A DNA stretch of 64,000 nt from a virus. Each line of letters begins with the position of its first letter. Positions within the stretch are counted from its first letter, which is position 1. Below, in pieces: positions 17,501 to 26,622 of the stretch. Below the pieces are notes generated by a model, which had not been told where the DNA came from, searched no databases, and was given only the letters and a program-made list of their open reading frames with translations. Location: positions 116,107 to 180,106 of the IMG/VR virus record IMGVR_UViG_3300020411_003715, one strand, 5' to 3'. Made by a program: the position numbers and the translations under genes.

Positions 17501-19623
17501 CAGACGGGGCAATGGATACAGAGCCGGAGTTAGAGGTGACGACCCTCAAGCGGATGTGCTTCACGGTCGACGCCAGTATCAACCTGTCTGACTACGGGAC
17601 CGCTATCTACGACGTGCTAAAGCTTGAAGATATGGATGCCCCAAACAAGTACTGGTACGTTGAGGGGCTCACCAATGAGCATTGGCCCGTAGACAGGTGG
17701 TTAGACTTCGCAGAGGAAGCTGTACCAAACGTTCCGGCTGGCGGCTTAAAGGTTACTGTGAACCCGAACGGCTATTTGCGTACCGTCGATGGCGCGGTAC
17801 CCACGCCTATTGACTTAAGGGCCCACCTAAAAAATGGAGATAAGATTTTCGAGGACACTCATGGAGGCTTGGGCACTGTTAAGGAATTGGTGTACGACCC
17901 CAATACGGGCAACTCGGACATCTACTTCTCTGGAGACTTCCAGCCCAATATTGAGCTAACCCTACTGTTCAAGAGAAAGGGCACAAACAATAAGCTCATC
18001 TTGGACAGAGAGCAGGCGCTACCAGCTTCGGTGGGAGGGCTCAGATTTACGCTTGGGCATCCGTCGATTGGTACGGGGCGGGTATTTTTCAAAGAGCCTA
18101 CTTTCTTTGAGGCCGGACCGGACACGGTGTTTACGTACAAAGACCAGGAGACGAACAAGGAGTGGTACCTCAGACCCTCTCCGGCAGAAAGTGCGACTAT
18201 CTACAAGAGCCCCCAGACCCAGACAGACGTTAAGTTAAACAAAGCAGACCCGGAAAACGGAACAAGGAAGCTCACGTCTAGAGAGGTCGACTTCTTCAAG
18301 CACAACATTAAGCCAGGAGACAAACTTAGGATTTCATCCGATGTATTGTGGTCCAGGGCGTTTATGTCCGGGCTTGAGGAGGATAAAAACCTGATGGTGG
18401 CGGGCAAGACATTGGCCATGTCCATCGATGGTTCCGTGAGAACGTGCACTTTTTCCGGTCCGAACCCAATGACTCTTGATGATGTCGTTGCAGACATAAA
18501 TCGACAGCTTGGGGACGCGGTCCTTGCGGACGTGTTCCAGTACAACGCTTCAGACAAGGTCGGGCCGGGGGTTGCAGAAGAAGAGGTCAACGGTCCCGGG
18601 TACCGAATAAGACTGTTCTCCGCTAAGGATATAAACCTTCTAACTCAGGGTACAATAGGGATATTGTCGAGTCTTGGGTTTGACGACCCATCCGAGCGGG
18701 ATAACACGCCTGATCCGCAACTCATTCGGGAGTATACAGTCTCCAGGCTTCTTTACTCTCCGGCTGTGGCGGACGTCCCTGCAGAGTACAGTATCCTTCT
18801 CACCCAAGACTCAACACAAGATAGTCTTCAAAACTACGCCTTGGGCAGTTTGGCAAGCAACAAAGACCTTCTTGATGACGGGATCTGGGATAGGTACTAC
18901 GATCTTCTTTTTATCGAGGTCTACAGAGAGAAGTACCAAAGAGTATACCCAGCAGATCTAACTCTTGGTGATGACGGGCTATATTATACAGACATAAGGC
19001 TGACGTCTTATGATGCCAACACGTCGACAGGAATTGTCCCAGACGAGTCTGCACTAACCCCAACCAACTACGATTCGCTTGGTTACGAGATTGTAGTGAG
19101 CAACACTAACTACTCTTACAGCGTTGGTGAGGACTCAAGCATACGAGTAACCAGCGTTGCGCTAAGCAAGACGGCCACCAGCTTTGAAACTGTTTATGAG
19201 GTTGCGGCGGCAAACGTGACACTGTCTTACGAGCAGTCTGACCTCGTACAGTCTGCACAGACGTTTATGCTGCAACCGTTTACTAGGGTGGTGTGCAACA
19301 ACCCGTTGGTGAGACATTACTTGCCGGCTTACCCAATAGCCTCCATCTCACACACAGGCCCACGGTCCAACGCCCTGGTTAAGGATGACCTCGCGACATT
19401 CTTCTCTTCGCTTTACCCGAATAAGCCCTTGGAGGTCTCAGATCTGCTAGGCGTTCTTCAGTCCGGGGGCTCCACGTATATCAAGCTGCCGCAGGAAGCT
19501 GCGTTCCTTGTGCATGACGAGAGCAGAAGGCTTAAGGTGGTCAGAGGTAAGGATGTAATTGTATTAGGAACGCAGTACCACATCATGGAGGACATCTCTA
19601 TGGTTAAGGTAAACGGGGAGTAG
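11551..19623 (+). CDS. Giant baseplate-J/gp6-like wedge protein (2690 aa)
   Basis: N-terminal SPGSVLRDVLV...ARGTVRVFF...GGITLETNEAFLERAERSL...VSVTVVGFGDEEMQRD is baseplate-J-like; follows the gp25-like gene as in contractile tails. Confidence 0.75.
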   Translation: MADSSLKRFMIERMLDLDPTLSEDEGSIMYTKVIDPLIARLGVDPVSVDVETFIMTRLANDFPELDVNSPGSVLRDVLVSPLVLLLEPLRREIFFLKTQNSLAAGSSLTEDEMDALLSNVLSERKYGAHARGTVRVFFNSAKTISVDSSIVFSTADGINFHPEQPEVFYPENFTRSGNLWFVDIGIRSSEADISANIGRNQIKFVSGLADVTRVTNQSAMSGGITLETNEAFLERAERSLSERSLNTDRGIETELYNNFTDLVSVTVVGFGDEEMQRDILKGTLDTSSSEKVGPLAFMTADWATIEVISGNLSGGFENGFPFTNTIVLKGPFTGDEKAKILSAKYLTISEGTQYYNNTLLGRVRVISEVSEHPNTQDIYIKTSDFEVYPQPANLYSSGTSVPVLGRTDAAHHGLNKHSWQGSEFKLIGGSEDIDYVTGAHLPFTDHIDTDFDFIDIPPSVIPGRDFLVISSEEEFLGSGDTSEWSSKIRTFPLLKYYGNDDLGIGRSDSFMVSKKRILYKGQAEYDFDPNIEYSASREHIHVLDFGGPKLSALGDAQYGDDVYSQEVYGGSEKEDYGRRPGVALEGKKVNAVSKYSAPLDGEITTQNHDALPQECDIILHQSQSPWSTRGIVEGDYIACTAYRTNFAGTPYRGELSNAGGAMAWQAWGKVKKVGMGSPWRLRAEGLDWRPLHKEGVLDFSPVNMCTVTIDKPFEHFSHRCQSTRGFAENIGSGTQANPTNTILGVLGWNADPGNGGHVETRSMAAFWVAERHSDNTLISGYISPVDGNPFYSFANYNNALMDGAQPFWEALGNTHDIIPYSNGCTREDWVDENGNWSGQYGRYTVSINENDFRAQWNALPWFDNNNVQVKWFRITTSITTHANETFEIHTVLSNTGPANNVWSANPLQKFLYALATNARYGRRFKYFPANTWPAQVGDWDPALEVPLGPANDKWFTDDTVGDTGDPQTAFTGSGGFSMRSMMYHALVNDWTWSMTLEETDDFDNGPWVVANGQDLSSFGFSATSGNFEGATSPSTYAHANALVNSINMCPWNLDAVHGGLSTDRTLRASIAPGYEPDGPINIILKSGKGSDGLITKEIWSFDLRSNDTGYPPMADGRPDLWNFFNRSGAGNPSLDIPVAAQADYIHVGLWNGPMVFTGQPALAGEVNIGHPYRNVNGGFSGGFGPRKQVFGIERVSPTNPPAASMLPAFSYIAPGDTEHDPTKIGYEFLGSMVAEGGNAVGAPPTFNLDTNEFIFSLNNFPIAEPTNEDDDGVSPEYTSRAGVRVVMKISLPGPVEAVAPNAGKPATVDMLLAFRDDGNGKMILDPEWDTTDQTGFYFDANAASGYAWQDWLDEEKSEVNYVSGQVKLVFKKDHQFSFPSWSGFNHDPINLSGVRSYSVDNVDVSAKQPAFYAGYVYIDKPYRLFWTAYRGMRELLTPQGYTVPSYDDFAFLPAHRRPSQENPIHTTMPSGYVGDGWDSGSENVFTNYHLNDTSNRCKMVWLRLGKPFDANHPSIGGTPYEKCFSSEFVSLSGETIPFTDLGWVPNEEIGYTKLRYKEGVLDIDIGSGALDTKVILTPMSLPLVGGSTKISDIEKGLSDSNLLNVSTSDAPEPNEKGMSGFLIPHPMGSAYDMHTDHFGAGKPMTTGDKLEHQVVNLYSAVPADAGGQTLTISDMPGGVPFPDIFTFNPVKIPNDTVHIGGMTDVYVKSGSITERSSAEIKIQPEAPIQSFEEGGQIVFEGSDGIINCSINQSHFDSPTLIAELSSLYGSAPRPLDNLVVEILDPPTTEIQPVFFRAVHTTDTGVKIDGEFPASLGLGFEQLRFRVLKECATNLVEPLIILKQGTDLVVKKNEMTAWSPSGYNFADNPENITIYLHIDSDIAYGEYEVTGINLNNLVLDKAFSESGSGLSYRIYKKQGAGLAMPIVRVKEVSLSGDSEGVNVPYRHPVDVQSSDFAGLNDDPINEDTLGISGGYLTLEEVDLDSDGAMDTEPELEVTTLKRMCFTVDASINLSDYGTAIYDVLKLEDMDAPNKYWYVEGLTNEHWPVDRWLDFAEEAVPNVPAGGLKVTVNPNGYLRTVDGAVPTPIDLRAHLKNGDKIFEDTHGGLGTVKELVYDPNTGNSDIYFSGDFQPNIELTLLFKRKGTNNKLILDREQALPASVGGLRFTLGHPSIGTGRVFFKEPTFFEAGPDTVFTYKDQETNKEWYLRPSPAESATIYKSPQTQTDVKLNKADPENGTRKLTSREVDFFKHNIKPGDKLRISSDVLWSRAFMSGLEEDKNLMVAGKTLAMSIDGSVRTCTFSGPNPMTLDDVVADINRQLGDAVLADVFQYNASDKVGPGVAEEEVNGPGYRIRLFSAKDINLLTQGTIGILSSLGFDDPSERDNTPDPQLIREYTVSRLLYSPAVADVPAEYSILLTQDSTQDSLQNYALGSLASNKDLLDDGIWDRYYDLLFIEVYREKYQRVYPADLTLGDDGLYYTDIRLTSYDANTSTGIVPDESALTPTNYDSLGYEIVVSNTNYSYSVGEDSSIRVTSVALSKTATSFETVYEVAAANVTLSYEQSDLVQSAQTFMLQPFTRVVCNNPLVRHYLPAYPIASISHTGPRSNALVKDDLATFFSSLYPNKPLEVSDLLGVLQSGGSTYIKLPQEAAFLVHDESRRLKVVRGKDVIVLGTQYHIMEDISMVKVNGE

Positions 19624-19625
19624 TT

Positions 19626-22600
19626 ATGCCGTTACCTACGTCAGAAAAGTGGGGGCTCCTAGACTACACGTTTAGAGCGTCGGACGCAGAGGTCAGCGCC
19701 ACTGGTGCACGCCTCTTGTCGGACTCGGAGTTCAATGTAGACCCCATGTCCTTCATACAGTTTCCAAACGTCGTTATCGAGGATGGTTATGCCACTTTCG
19801 TTGCTAGCGGCAATGCGGAAGCGTCCATTAAGGATGTAAGCTCTTTGATCCTCTCAGAAGAAATTTCTGGCGGGATACCGGAGAACTTCACACTAGAGTT
19901 CGAGATATTTCTGACGGAAAATCTACCCCTTCAGGCGTCAAATGTTAACAACCGCATCTTTGTTGGTGCCACCAATGCGCAGGGGTATTCGGCGGGGTTT
20001 ATCTTTTCTAGGGAGGGGATCCACCTAGCCTCCAGACCAGAGGACCCGGTCCCTATGGTTCTGGCAGGAACAAAAGATCTTTTATTTAATAGCGATGGTT
20101 CGCTGGTGGACGGGGTCTGCATCCGGGCAGTGATAAGCCAAGACGACGGTCGCCTGTTCATGTACGCGTCGTCTTCGTCCGGAGCATACGTGTCGGACAA
20201 GAATATTACTGACGCAGAACTGTACGCATCGGTAGCTGCGCGAGAGGCATCCCCCCTGCATACCGACTCGGTGATTGTATATGGGTCTGCGTGTTCGGTG
20301 GCTAAGCAGGTAGAGCTTAACTTAGACCTGAACCCGGAAGACTTGGTTCACCAAGAGTCAATCTTCTCAATAGGGTCATTGAGACTATCAGGCCAGAAAA
20401 CATACCCGATAGACAGGCCTACGGCCTCAGCGTTCGGGGAAACCCAAGTTGTTATTGGAACGGCCACGGTTTTATCCGGGATAAACAGTTCGGACAAGAT
20501 GCACCGACCTCTCACGTATAAGTGGGAGCTAGACGTGGTCCCTGAGGGGAGCAAGGCGAAACTCCAAGGGTCAAGCAACTCTAGGTGCTTAATCCCTGTC
20601 CAGGTTGAAAACCCGGGCCCAGGTGATCCGGCAACCGCTAATGCATTGGCGTTAGTGTTCCAGGACCCCAAGTCCGAGCACAACAGCTACAAGACAGTGC
20701 TATCGGTTGGGCCCGTGGGCTCCTCACTGTCGATGGAATTAGACACTAATAAAAAGACCTTAAACATTTACTTGGAGTCTACAGCAGATGGCGACTCGGC
20801 AACCACGGTCACAGAGCTTGCCTCCGCCTTCTCCGACCCTCTCAGTGCCGGCTACAGCCTGCAAATCTCCGGGGGCGAAGACTTGTCTACGGGGATCATA
20901 TACCCACGGGTCTTGTCTGCGTTTGTTTCTCCTAGCGGGGTCACGAATGGTCACGAGATAGTTCATCCTGGGGAGCACAGCTTTACTCGCGGCGTAGGGT
21001 CTTCTGTGGCGAAGCCTGTTTTCATACCGGATGTTCCTGGGACATACATGATCAGCCTTGTGGTCAATAATGGCCTCAGAGACAGCGCGAAGTCCATGGT
21101 AGTGCTAACAGCTACAGTGACAGAGCAGCTTTTAGGCCATAGGCCCCAGTCAAACTATATTTTTAAGTATCTTCCGGATTTCTGGAAAATGGTACAGGAC
21201 AAGGAGATGCTCCCTTCGGTATGGTCCGCTATCACGCAGGTAATCTCTTCTGAGCTAGTATCAGCTTGGCAAAATGACTACGCAAAAGCACTGAAGGATA
21301 TCTCTAGAAGGTACCAGCGACGGTGGCTAAGCTACCAGTGTCGAGTTGATGTGCCCGAGGACGTTACGACCAACTTGGTGTATCACGATGCCAGCGAGGC
21401 TGGTGTAGCACCGGACCCGCTTAGTGTATACCCAGTCCTAGATGGGACACACACGAAAACTTGTTATGTTGAGGGCTCCGAGAGCCTTCATCCCTTCACT
21501 GAGGGTTTTTCTGTTGTGTACAGCGCGATCGGCAAGCCCGAGGTGGCCGAGATCGTAAGCGTTGCCTATGAGGAGGCACACGGACGGTGGAAGGTCGATA
21601 CTAGGCTTCAGTCATTCGCAGAGTACCAGATTCTCGGTGACCGGGCCGGGGGGTACTTCGTAAAAGACCCGGACATCATCTCACAGACAACCCCAGTCAC
21701 GAGTAAAGTCTTCTACGATCCTACGTACACATTATCTAAAGTGGACGGGGTTACGGACAGGGTTCGGCTCAAGCTCCAAAATGGCGATGTTATCGTCACC
21801 AAGGTTGTTGAGCATAACCCGGGAGGGCTTAAGAATACGGTCCGCCTAGACCTGCCCAGCAGCCAAGACGTTAACGGCATCCCTAGAGAATGGGAGCACT
21901 TGCGGAAATCTGCGTACACGGCTCTGCGGCAAAGCGCCTACTTGGAGATTGGGTCCTCTTTCATGGTGTCCGCCTCCTTCGGAACGGGAGACTATGCGGG
22001 CATATCTGTTATTGATCCATACACGTCCCTTCCCGTAACAATTACGCTCCCGATAATTGCTTTCGAAAGCAACAGGGTGTTCCTGCAGTGGGGGGACTTG
22101 ATAGACGCCCTGAACGTTTCGGCAGACTACAATGGCGTGACTGACAAGAACTGGTCAGAGCAAAACCTCCCAGAGTTGTCTATTAAGCTTAAATACTTGG
22201 CTAGGCACAATAGAACCTTCCCTAAGGATGACCTCGTATCTGTCCCCACCATGGGGGCCAGCATCTCGAACCCGCTCTCGAAGAGGGAGAATTTTGACTA
22301 CGTGGTCTCCGACAACGCGGTATCGCTAAAGAGCATGATCTCGGGGGTTCTTAATATCGAAGACGGGTCGGTGGTAACCATCCACCAGGACTCAATATAT
22401 CACCCAGGGCTAAACGATATTAAAGACGATCTTGCGGGTATGGAGATTTCAGACCTGCACGATGCTGGTATACGGAACATTGTTATAGAGGAAGGCCCTG
22501 CAGGCACGTACCCAATTATTGGTGCGGCCAAAGACATTGCTACGGGGAACCTGATGCTAGCCCTCAGCGTTCAGCCCAATGGTCACGGAAAGGTTACGCT

Positions 22601-25600
22601 GGACAAGGTTAAGTTCCACATCCCTATCCACTCTGCACAGGACCCGGGGCCGGAGCAGTATTGGGCGGAGATCTCGTATTTTGATAACTCTAGTACGGTA
22701 GAGGGCAATTTCGGCCTTTTTGTCGGGTTCCCAGAGGAACTTGTTAAATCTTATGATGAAGACCTAGATTACCTCAGTGTCATTAAATCGCTCTGGTTCG
22801 CTTTTTTGAGCGGACCTCATTTTGAGAACATGAAACTGGGCGTGCAGGCGCTGTTCAACCTGCCGTACGCTGAGGTTGCCGGACAGGTCACCTACATAAA
22901 CCCGCCTACGAGCACGGAGGACGGGAAAATCGTCATGGTAGACGACCGTGGTCGGTCCTACACGTACACATACCCAGCAAATGCAAGCATCGCTATCAAT
23001 CCGAGTACGGGAAGAACGATAAGGCCCTTCGACATAGTAAGCGTGAAGGAGGAGGCCGCGCTCGATGATGAAAAGCGAGAGCAGCTAGAAGACTCTAAGG
23101 TTAAGGCTTTCACAAAACTAGTGGACGTGGTCCGAATCGATGACTACGTCTCAGACCCGGACCTTGTTAGCAGACAGCTTGGAGGAAACACAAGCTGGTA
23201 CGTCGACGACGAGGGTGTAACCCAGTACATTGACGAGCCCCCTACCGTCGTCGAAAAGTATCACAAGTTTATTGTTGATGTGCCACTGGATGTAACAAAG
23301 GGAACGCAAGTCTTCCCGCTTGTTAAGACCTTCCTGTCTGAGGCGAAGCCTGCCTACACAGATTTCATTCTATTAGGCTCTATAAGGCTGTCTGACCAGA
23401 TAAGCCTAGTAGAGGATCTGATCCTAAAGCCAACAGTCATCCTTAAAGATACACCACACACCTCCCCCTTCTGGGGCCTGTACGATGGGATGGGGAAGTC
23501 GTATCCAAAAATGCTCCCCGTGAGAGATGAGAACGGTGACCAACTACTGAGCCCCAACACGGGAGAACCCCTTTGGGTACAGGATTCCGTACAGCAGGCG
23601 GTTGTTCCCGAGACCCGGGAAAAACTGATATGGCCACACAACAAGACGACCCAGAAAGTGGCAATTGTTGATAATTTTGCCGTGGAAGAGCTTGCCTACT
23701 TGAAGCACTCGTTCCTTGATCTTGTGTTTCATGCAGCCGTAGACCCAGTAAAAGACGCGGACGACAACATCATAGTTAACCCGGACGGGGCGTTCCCAGA
23801 CACTGACTTAACGGCCGCCGACCCGATGGGCGGAGGGCTCCTCTACACTAATAAAAGCCATATTTACGGAAGCTATACCGAGGTGTGGGACGGGGTTTCT
23901 GATTGGAAGGAACTCTATTTAACAGACCTCGGAAAGCAGATAGTAGAGGCCGGTGATATAGGGTTTTATATCAAGGGCTCCCCGTGGCTGTATTTTGCCA
24001 AAGTTGTCGGGGTGAGCTTTACCCAAGACGGTTTCGTTGGAGGGCCTATCGGCCTAAGGTTTACTCTCGGAGCTTTTTCCGGACACGGTTACCCTTTCAA
24101 CACCAAAGAGATGGTTAGCACAGAGGCTATTTATTTCTTTGGGGACGGGGTCATAGGCGGGGACATCAAAGATCATCTGTGGGGGCAGGAGGTAACGTAC
24201 TGGGATTTTGGTGACGTAAAGGAGAAGTACGAGTCTGGATACTGCGAAGGGGTTCTCGACGACTACTCTGGAGACGCGTCATGGAACTCGAAACGCAGAA
24301 GCCTTGATATGGTTAACTCGCTCAACTCAGATATAGATGTTTTGAGCAGTAAGATATGGGTGCCCGTTACAAAAGATGTCACAGTGCCAGACGCACTAGA
24401 AACCGAGTTTATCACCGGGGAAGAGATAGACATTATGTGCGAAGGGGTGTTGGTGTCCGAACATGCCGAGTTCCAGGATAGCCACGTGGAATTCGAAGGC
24501 TGGGAATACACCATATGGGGAGACTCCCCTCCCGTGCTCATCCATTACGGAGCGGGCAGCCACCCTAAAATACCTTTTTCCGTAGATTCGCCACAAAACG
24601 AGCACCCGAACTCATATATGGTTCTCGGCTTCGAGGCCGAATACATCAATCGCCCCACAGCTTTGAGCGGGGAGATTCATAACAACGGGACAAAGAGCTT
24701 GATGAACTATGGCCACGAGTCCCGCCTAGACGTCATCTCTAGGGTAGCCGGCGAGCTACAACATAAACCGGGCTTAGACCTTTCAGACATCACCCTCGTA
24801 GGCAGGCGAAGCGGGGCGGTGGCCAATCTTGCGCCAACGATGGACGGAGCACTCTGGCCAGATAGATCTAACCCAGAGCACGCGCCATACTTCATGCTAG
24901 AGACCATATGGCAGACGGACAAGCTCATAGAGAATGGGCCGAAGGACACTACCGATATAATCGTCACCAAATACATCCCACTGGGCGGGATGGCGGTAGA
25001 TGAGTTTCAGGCGAGCAGCTTTAATTTCTCCTCGATGGAAACGTCTTACTTGGAGAAGTGTTTTTTCCACGAGAAATTTATAGGGCTCGTATTAGACAGT
25101 GATAAATGGGAGGTTAACCCAAATGCGCCCGGGGATTGCGGAACAAAGCAGTCGCACCCTAATTTTAATGCCTACGTTTTCGACGGAGGCGCTGCGAACG
25201 AGCCCAGACGGCTTCAGCTAAAGAACCCGGTGAAGGGCCCTGTGGTCGTCCAGTACGTTTACGAGGCTATTAGTCTAGGGGTGCTGTATCTAACGTACAG
25301 CACAGACAACGGGAACACCTGGGTCGCCCCCATAAACGTACACCAGCATCCAGATGTGTTTGGTGAGGCTTCGGCAACGATAAATGTTGAGGGAGATATT
25401 CTTCTGAGGTGGGGGTCCGATGTTCATAATGGGGCAGGCTCTAACAACTGGATGATTACTGACATAAAGATTTCTAAGGTAACCCAGCCGACTAATCCAG
25501 ACCCCACAAATTACCCCGATCCGCCAGCGCTAGCGGGGTTTGTGGCCGGAGAGCATCCCGGATGGGGGTGGGGAGGGAATCCGTTACTCCACACCAAGTC

Positions 25601-26582
25601 TGTTTTTGATAGCGCTAACCTCAGAAAGGTGGCGCTAGAGGTGCAGCAGCACCCATGGGACCCAAACATCCCTATGGGCAAACAGCTAGTACCTAGCTTT
25701 AGCCCGGGCTTCTACTCTTGGCAGCAACCAACAAACCACTGGGCCGGAATCGCGCATGTGCAGCTGGATCCAAACGGTGTAATCACCCCTAACGTTTCTC
25801 ACCCAAGTAGCGCCTTGATCTCTTGGGGATATAAGGAAGTTGGAAAGCTAACTGACGTTGAGACCGATTTTTGGGAGTTTGAAGCTGGGGCTGGGAATAG
25901 GGCCCTCCAGAACCTCCACATCGGTTTTAAGACTCGATGCGCGAAGGAACACCATTTTACACATGGCTTTACGGAGTTCTTCATTCCGCCTCCTAAGATT
26001 AAACTAATAGAGCCTTCTTCTTCTGCGTATGATATCAGGGTGGGGGGTTTTTATTTCTGCAATGATGATCCAACCCGAACCGAGGTGCCAACAAGTGACC
26101 CACTATCTTTTGATGGACAGATTGGCGGCTCGTACATCTTCTTCAGGAAGAGTGACTCCCAGGAAGAGTACCCTGTTACGGACTGGGTTTTTGAAACGGG
26201 AACTTGGGCTGGCAGGAACATTGTTCCTAAAGGCCGTCTTAACGATGGGACAACGACTTTCGTCGTCGGCAGAGATCCTGACCCGAATCAGCCCAACGAC
26301 AATGGGCAGCGGAGCGACGGACATATTTACGAAATCAACATCCCCGCACTACAACAGGGTGGCGAGGGATATTACGATATCATAATTAGGAACTATAGAC
26401 CTTGGAAGATGCACGCAGCAGATCAGACAAAACGCATTAAGATGGATGAGGTAATTGTGGAAAAAGCGTATTACTATACTCCAGGCGGCTGGGGCGGAAT
26501 TTCCTGGGGAACCGACTCCTGGGGAGGCGGAGAATCATTTCCGGGCATGCAGCAACCAAATGTCCAGGTAAACAACCCATGA
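19626..26582 (+). CDS. Giant baseplate wedge (gp7/gpI-like) protein with lectin-like, PKD and Asp-box modules (2318 aa)
   Basis: Follows the baseplate-J-like gene. YLPDFW...WSAITQ, SGPHFENMKLGVQALFNLPY and YHKFIVDV...FLSEAKPAYT are wedge-like; PKD motifs LTYKWEL and PDVPGTYMISLVVNNG; STDNGNTW. Confidence 0.6.
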   Translation: MPLPTSEKWGLLDYTFRASDAEVSATGARLLSDSEFNVDPMSFIQFPNVVIEDGYATFVASGNAEASIKDVSSLILSEEISGGIPENFTLEFEIFLTENLPLQASNVNNRIFVGATNAQGYSAGFIFSREGIHLASRPEDPVPMVLAGTKDLLFNSDGSLVDGVCIRAVISQDDGRLFMYASSSSGAYVSDKNITDAELYASVAAREASPLHTDSVIVYGSACSVAKQVELNLDLNPEDLVHQESIFSIGSLRLSGQKTYPIDRPTASAFGETQVVIGTATVLSGINSSDKMHRPLTYKWELDVVPEGSKAKLQGSSNSRCLIPVQVENPGPGDPATANALALVFQDPKSEHNSYKTVLSVGPVGSSLSMELDTNKKTLNIYLESTADGDSATTVTELASAFSDPLSAGYSLQISGGEDLSTGIIYPRVLSAFVSPSGVTNGHEIVHPGEHSFTRGVGSSVAKPVFIPDVPGTYMISLVVNNGLRDSAKSMVVLTATVTEQLLGHRPQSNYIFKYLPDFWKMVQDKEMLPSVWSAITQVISSELVSAWQNDYAKALKDISRRYQRRWLSYQCRVDVPEDVTTNLVYHDASEAGVAPDPLSVYPVLDGTHTKTCYVEGSESLHPFTEGFSVVYSAIGKPEVAEIVSVAYEEAHGRWKVDTRLQSFAEYQILGDRAGGYFVKDPDIISQTTPVTSKVFYDPTYTLSKVDGVTDRVRLKLQNGDVIVTKVVEHNPGGLKNTVRLDLPSSQDVNGIPREWEHLRKSAYTALRQSAYLEIGSSFMVSASFGTGDYAGISVIDPYTSLPVTITLPIIAFESNRVFLQWGDLIDALNVSADYNGVTDKNWSEQNLPELSIKLKYLARHNRTFPKDDLVSVPTMGASISNPLSKRENFDYVVSDNAVSLKSMISGVLNIEDGSVVTIHQDSIYHPGLNDIKDDLAGMEISDLHDAGIRNIVIEEGPAGTYPIIGAAKDIATGNLMLALSVQPNGHGKVTLDKVKFHIPIHSAQDPGPEQYWAEISYFDNSSTVEGNFGLFVGFPEELVKSYDEDLDYLSVIKSLWFAFLSGPHFENMKLGVQALFNLPYAEVAGQVTYINPPTSTEDGKIVMVDDRGRSYTYTYPANASIAINPSTGRTIRPFDIVSVKEEAALDDEKREQLEDSKVKAFTKLVDVVRIDDYVSDPDLVSRQLGGNTSWYVDDEGVTQYIDEPPTVVEKYHKFIVDVPLDVTKGTQVFPLVKTFLSEAKPAYTDFILLGSIRLSDQISLVEDLILKPTVILKDTPHTSPFWGLYDGMGKSYPKMLPVRDENGDQLLSPNTGEPLWVQDSVQQAVVPETREKLIWPHNKTTQKVAIVDNFAVEELAYLKHSFLDLVFHAAVDPVKDADDNIIVNPDGAFPDTDLTAADPMGGGLLYTNKSHIYGSYTEVWDGVSDWKELYLTDLGKQIVEAGDIGFYIKGSPWLYFAKVVGVSFTQDGFVGGPIGLRFTLGAFSGHGYPFNTKEMVSTEAIYFFGDGVIGGDIKDHLWGQEVTYWDFGDVKEKYESGYCEGVLDDYSGDASWNSKRRSLDMVNSLNSDIDVLSSKIWVPVTKDVTVPDALETEFITGEEIDIMCEGVLVSEHAEFQDSHVEFEGWEYTIWGDSPPVLIHYGAGSHPKIPFSVDSPQNEHPNSYMVLGFEAEYINRPTALSGEIHNNGTKSLMNYGHESRLDVISRVAGELQHKPGLDLSDITLVGRRSGAVANLAPTMDGALWPDRSNPEHAPYFMLETIWQTDKLIENGPKDTTDIIVTKYIPLGGMAVDEFQASSFNFSSMETSYLEKCFFHEKFIGLVLDSDKWEVNPNAPGDCGTKQSHPNFNAYVFDGGAANEPRRLQLKNPVKGPVVVQYVYEAISLGVLYLTYSTDNGNTWVAPINVHQHPDVFGEASATINVEGDILLRWGSDVHNGAGSNNWMITDIKISKVTQPTNPDPTNYPDPPALAGFVAGEHPGWGWGGNPLLHTKSVFDSANLRKVALEVQQHPWDPNIPMGKQLVPSFSPGFYSWQQPTNHWAGIAHVQLDPNGVITPNVSHPSSALISWGYKEVGKLTDVETDFWEFEAGAGNRALQNLHIGFKTRCAKEHHFTHGFTEFFIPPPKIKLIEPSSSAYDIRVGGFYFCNDDPTRTEVPTSDPLSFDGQIGGSYIFFRKSDSQEEYPVTDWVFETGTWAGRNIVPKGRLNDGTTTFVVGRDPDPNQPNDNGQRSDGHIYEINIPALQQGGEGYYDIIIRNYRPWKMHAADQTKRIKMDEVIVEKAYYYTPGGWGGISWGTDSWGGGESFPGMQQPNVQVNNP

Positions 26583-26622
26583 GTTTTTCGCTGATCGGGC
26601 TGGGTCGTAGGAGAGAGTTATA

